From Dehalococcoidales bacterium (GTDB lineage Bacteria > Chloroflexota > Dehalococcoidia > Dehalococcoidales > JAFGLR01): a stretch of 49,190 bases of DNA. How positions within the stretch are numbered: the first letter of the stretch is position 1; each line of letters begins with the position of its first letter. The DNA is taken from positions 1-49,190 of the forward strand of contig JAFGLR010000027.1 in assembly GCA_016927955.1 (NCBI GenBank), given 5' to 3'. A model generated the notes under the pieces. That model worked only from the letters and a program-made list of their open reading frames with translations. It was not told the origin of the DNA and did not search any database. This document shows positions 48,556 through 49,190 of the stretch, one piece after another. Both the position numbers and the translations under genes were made by a program.

Positions 48556-48740
48556 GTAAAGGAGCCTCTCTATTAAGAATAATAAACCTACCTATAAAAA
48601 TTCTATGGTGTAATTACGCACATTGTCAATACTTTTTTTATTGGTTAAAACAAATAATTAATTGATATATTATAAAAAATCAATTAATTCCCTAATAGCG
48701 GCTAATATTGTCAATATCTTTTGATACGATTAAATAAGTA

Positions 48741-49190
48741 TTAAGAAACTCGGTTAATATCATCGGGCGGTATGTTTAAAAACTTGGCGGCTACTATAGG
48801 GTCAAATTGTGTGCCGGTACATCTGCGGATTTCTTCCATAGCTTCTTTTCGAGTCATTGCGGGACGGTAAGGACGGTCCGAAGTCATGGCATCATAAGCA
48901 TCGGCTACTGCAATGATTCTGGCACCCAATGGTATATCTTCTCCTACCAAATACTGGTTATGACCACTACCGTCATAATGGTCATGATGGTGTTCAATCA
49001 TTTGAACTACTTTTTCTTTAACAACCGGCCGGACGATACCTACTCCTGATTGAACATGTTGCATTATCTGTTCATATTCGACCGGTGTAAGATTATCGGG
49101 TTTATTCTGGATTAGCTGGTCGACCCCGATTTTACCAACGTCATGGAGTAAGCTACCACAACGGAGGTCTTCCAAATCTTCTTTGGACAA
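48741..49190 (-). CDS. HD-GYP domain protein, C-terminal part (5' end lies beyond the window)
   Basis: Motifs LLHDVGKIG, HHHD.YDGSG and IIAVADAYDAMTSDRPYR. Confidence 0.9.
   Translation of the reverse strand: MSKEDLEDLRCGSLLHDVGKIGVDQLIQNKPDNLTPVEYEQIMQHVQSGVGIVRPVVKEKVVQMIEHHHDHYDGSGHNQYLVGEDIPLGARIIAVADAYDAMTSDRPYRPAMTRKEAMEEIRRCTGTQFDPIVAAKFLNIPPDDINRVS

Overview
This looks like bacterial chromosomal DNA, most likely Chloroflexota/Dehalococcoidia. That is inferred from the gene content (tandem HisG, extended GuaA, pyr-folE-hom-thrC neighbourhood) and not verified. Bases 1-~5800 are the right end of a virus-like element integrated at the 3' end of tRNA-Pro(GGG), and the element continues left out of the window. 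It carries an intact tyrosine integrase, phased 11-bp repeats, a eukaryote-type C2H2 zinc-finger ORF, helical-repeat proteins and an 877-aa polyvalent protein. That protein's parts are a Cys/His N-domain, a DdrB-like ParB domain, a half ferritin-like motif, a Cys/His domain and a JAB/MPN domain. The remainder is mostly housekeeping: hom-thrC-folE, pyrR-B-C-K with a PyrR leader, hisZGDCB plus a distant hisF, purDEBC, guaA, holA and a tRNA nucleotidyltransferase. Accessory metabolic genes include a heteromeric acyl-CoA dehydrogenase pair, a molybdopterin oxidoreductase with an Fe-S subunit, and an ECF sigma/anti-sigma pair. The core region has three notable oddities: a PyrB fused to a PyrI zinc domain and a Cys-less Ada-like module, an asymmetric tandem HisG, and a multibranch RNA structure that exactly fills the gap after hisB. 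All family calls come from motif recognition by eye; no searches were run.
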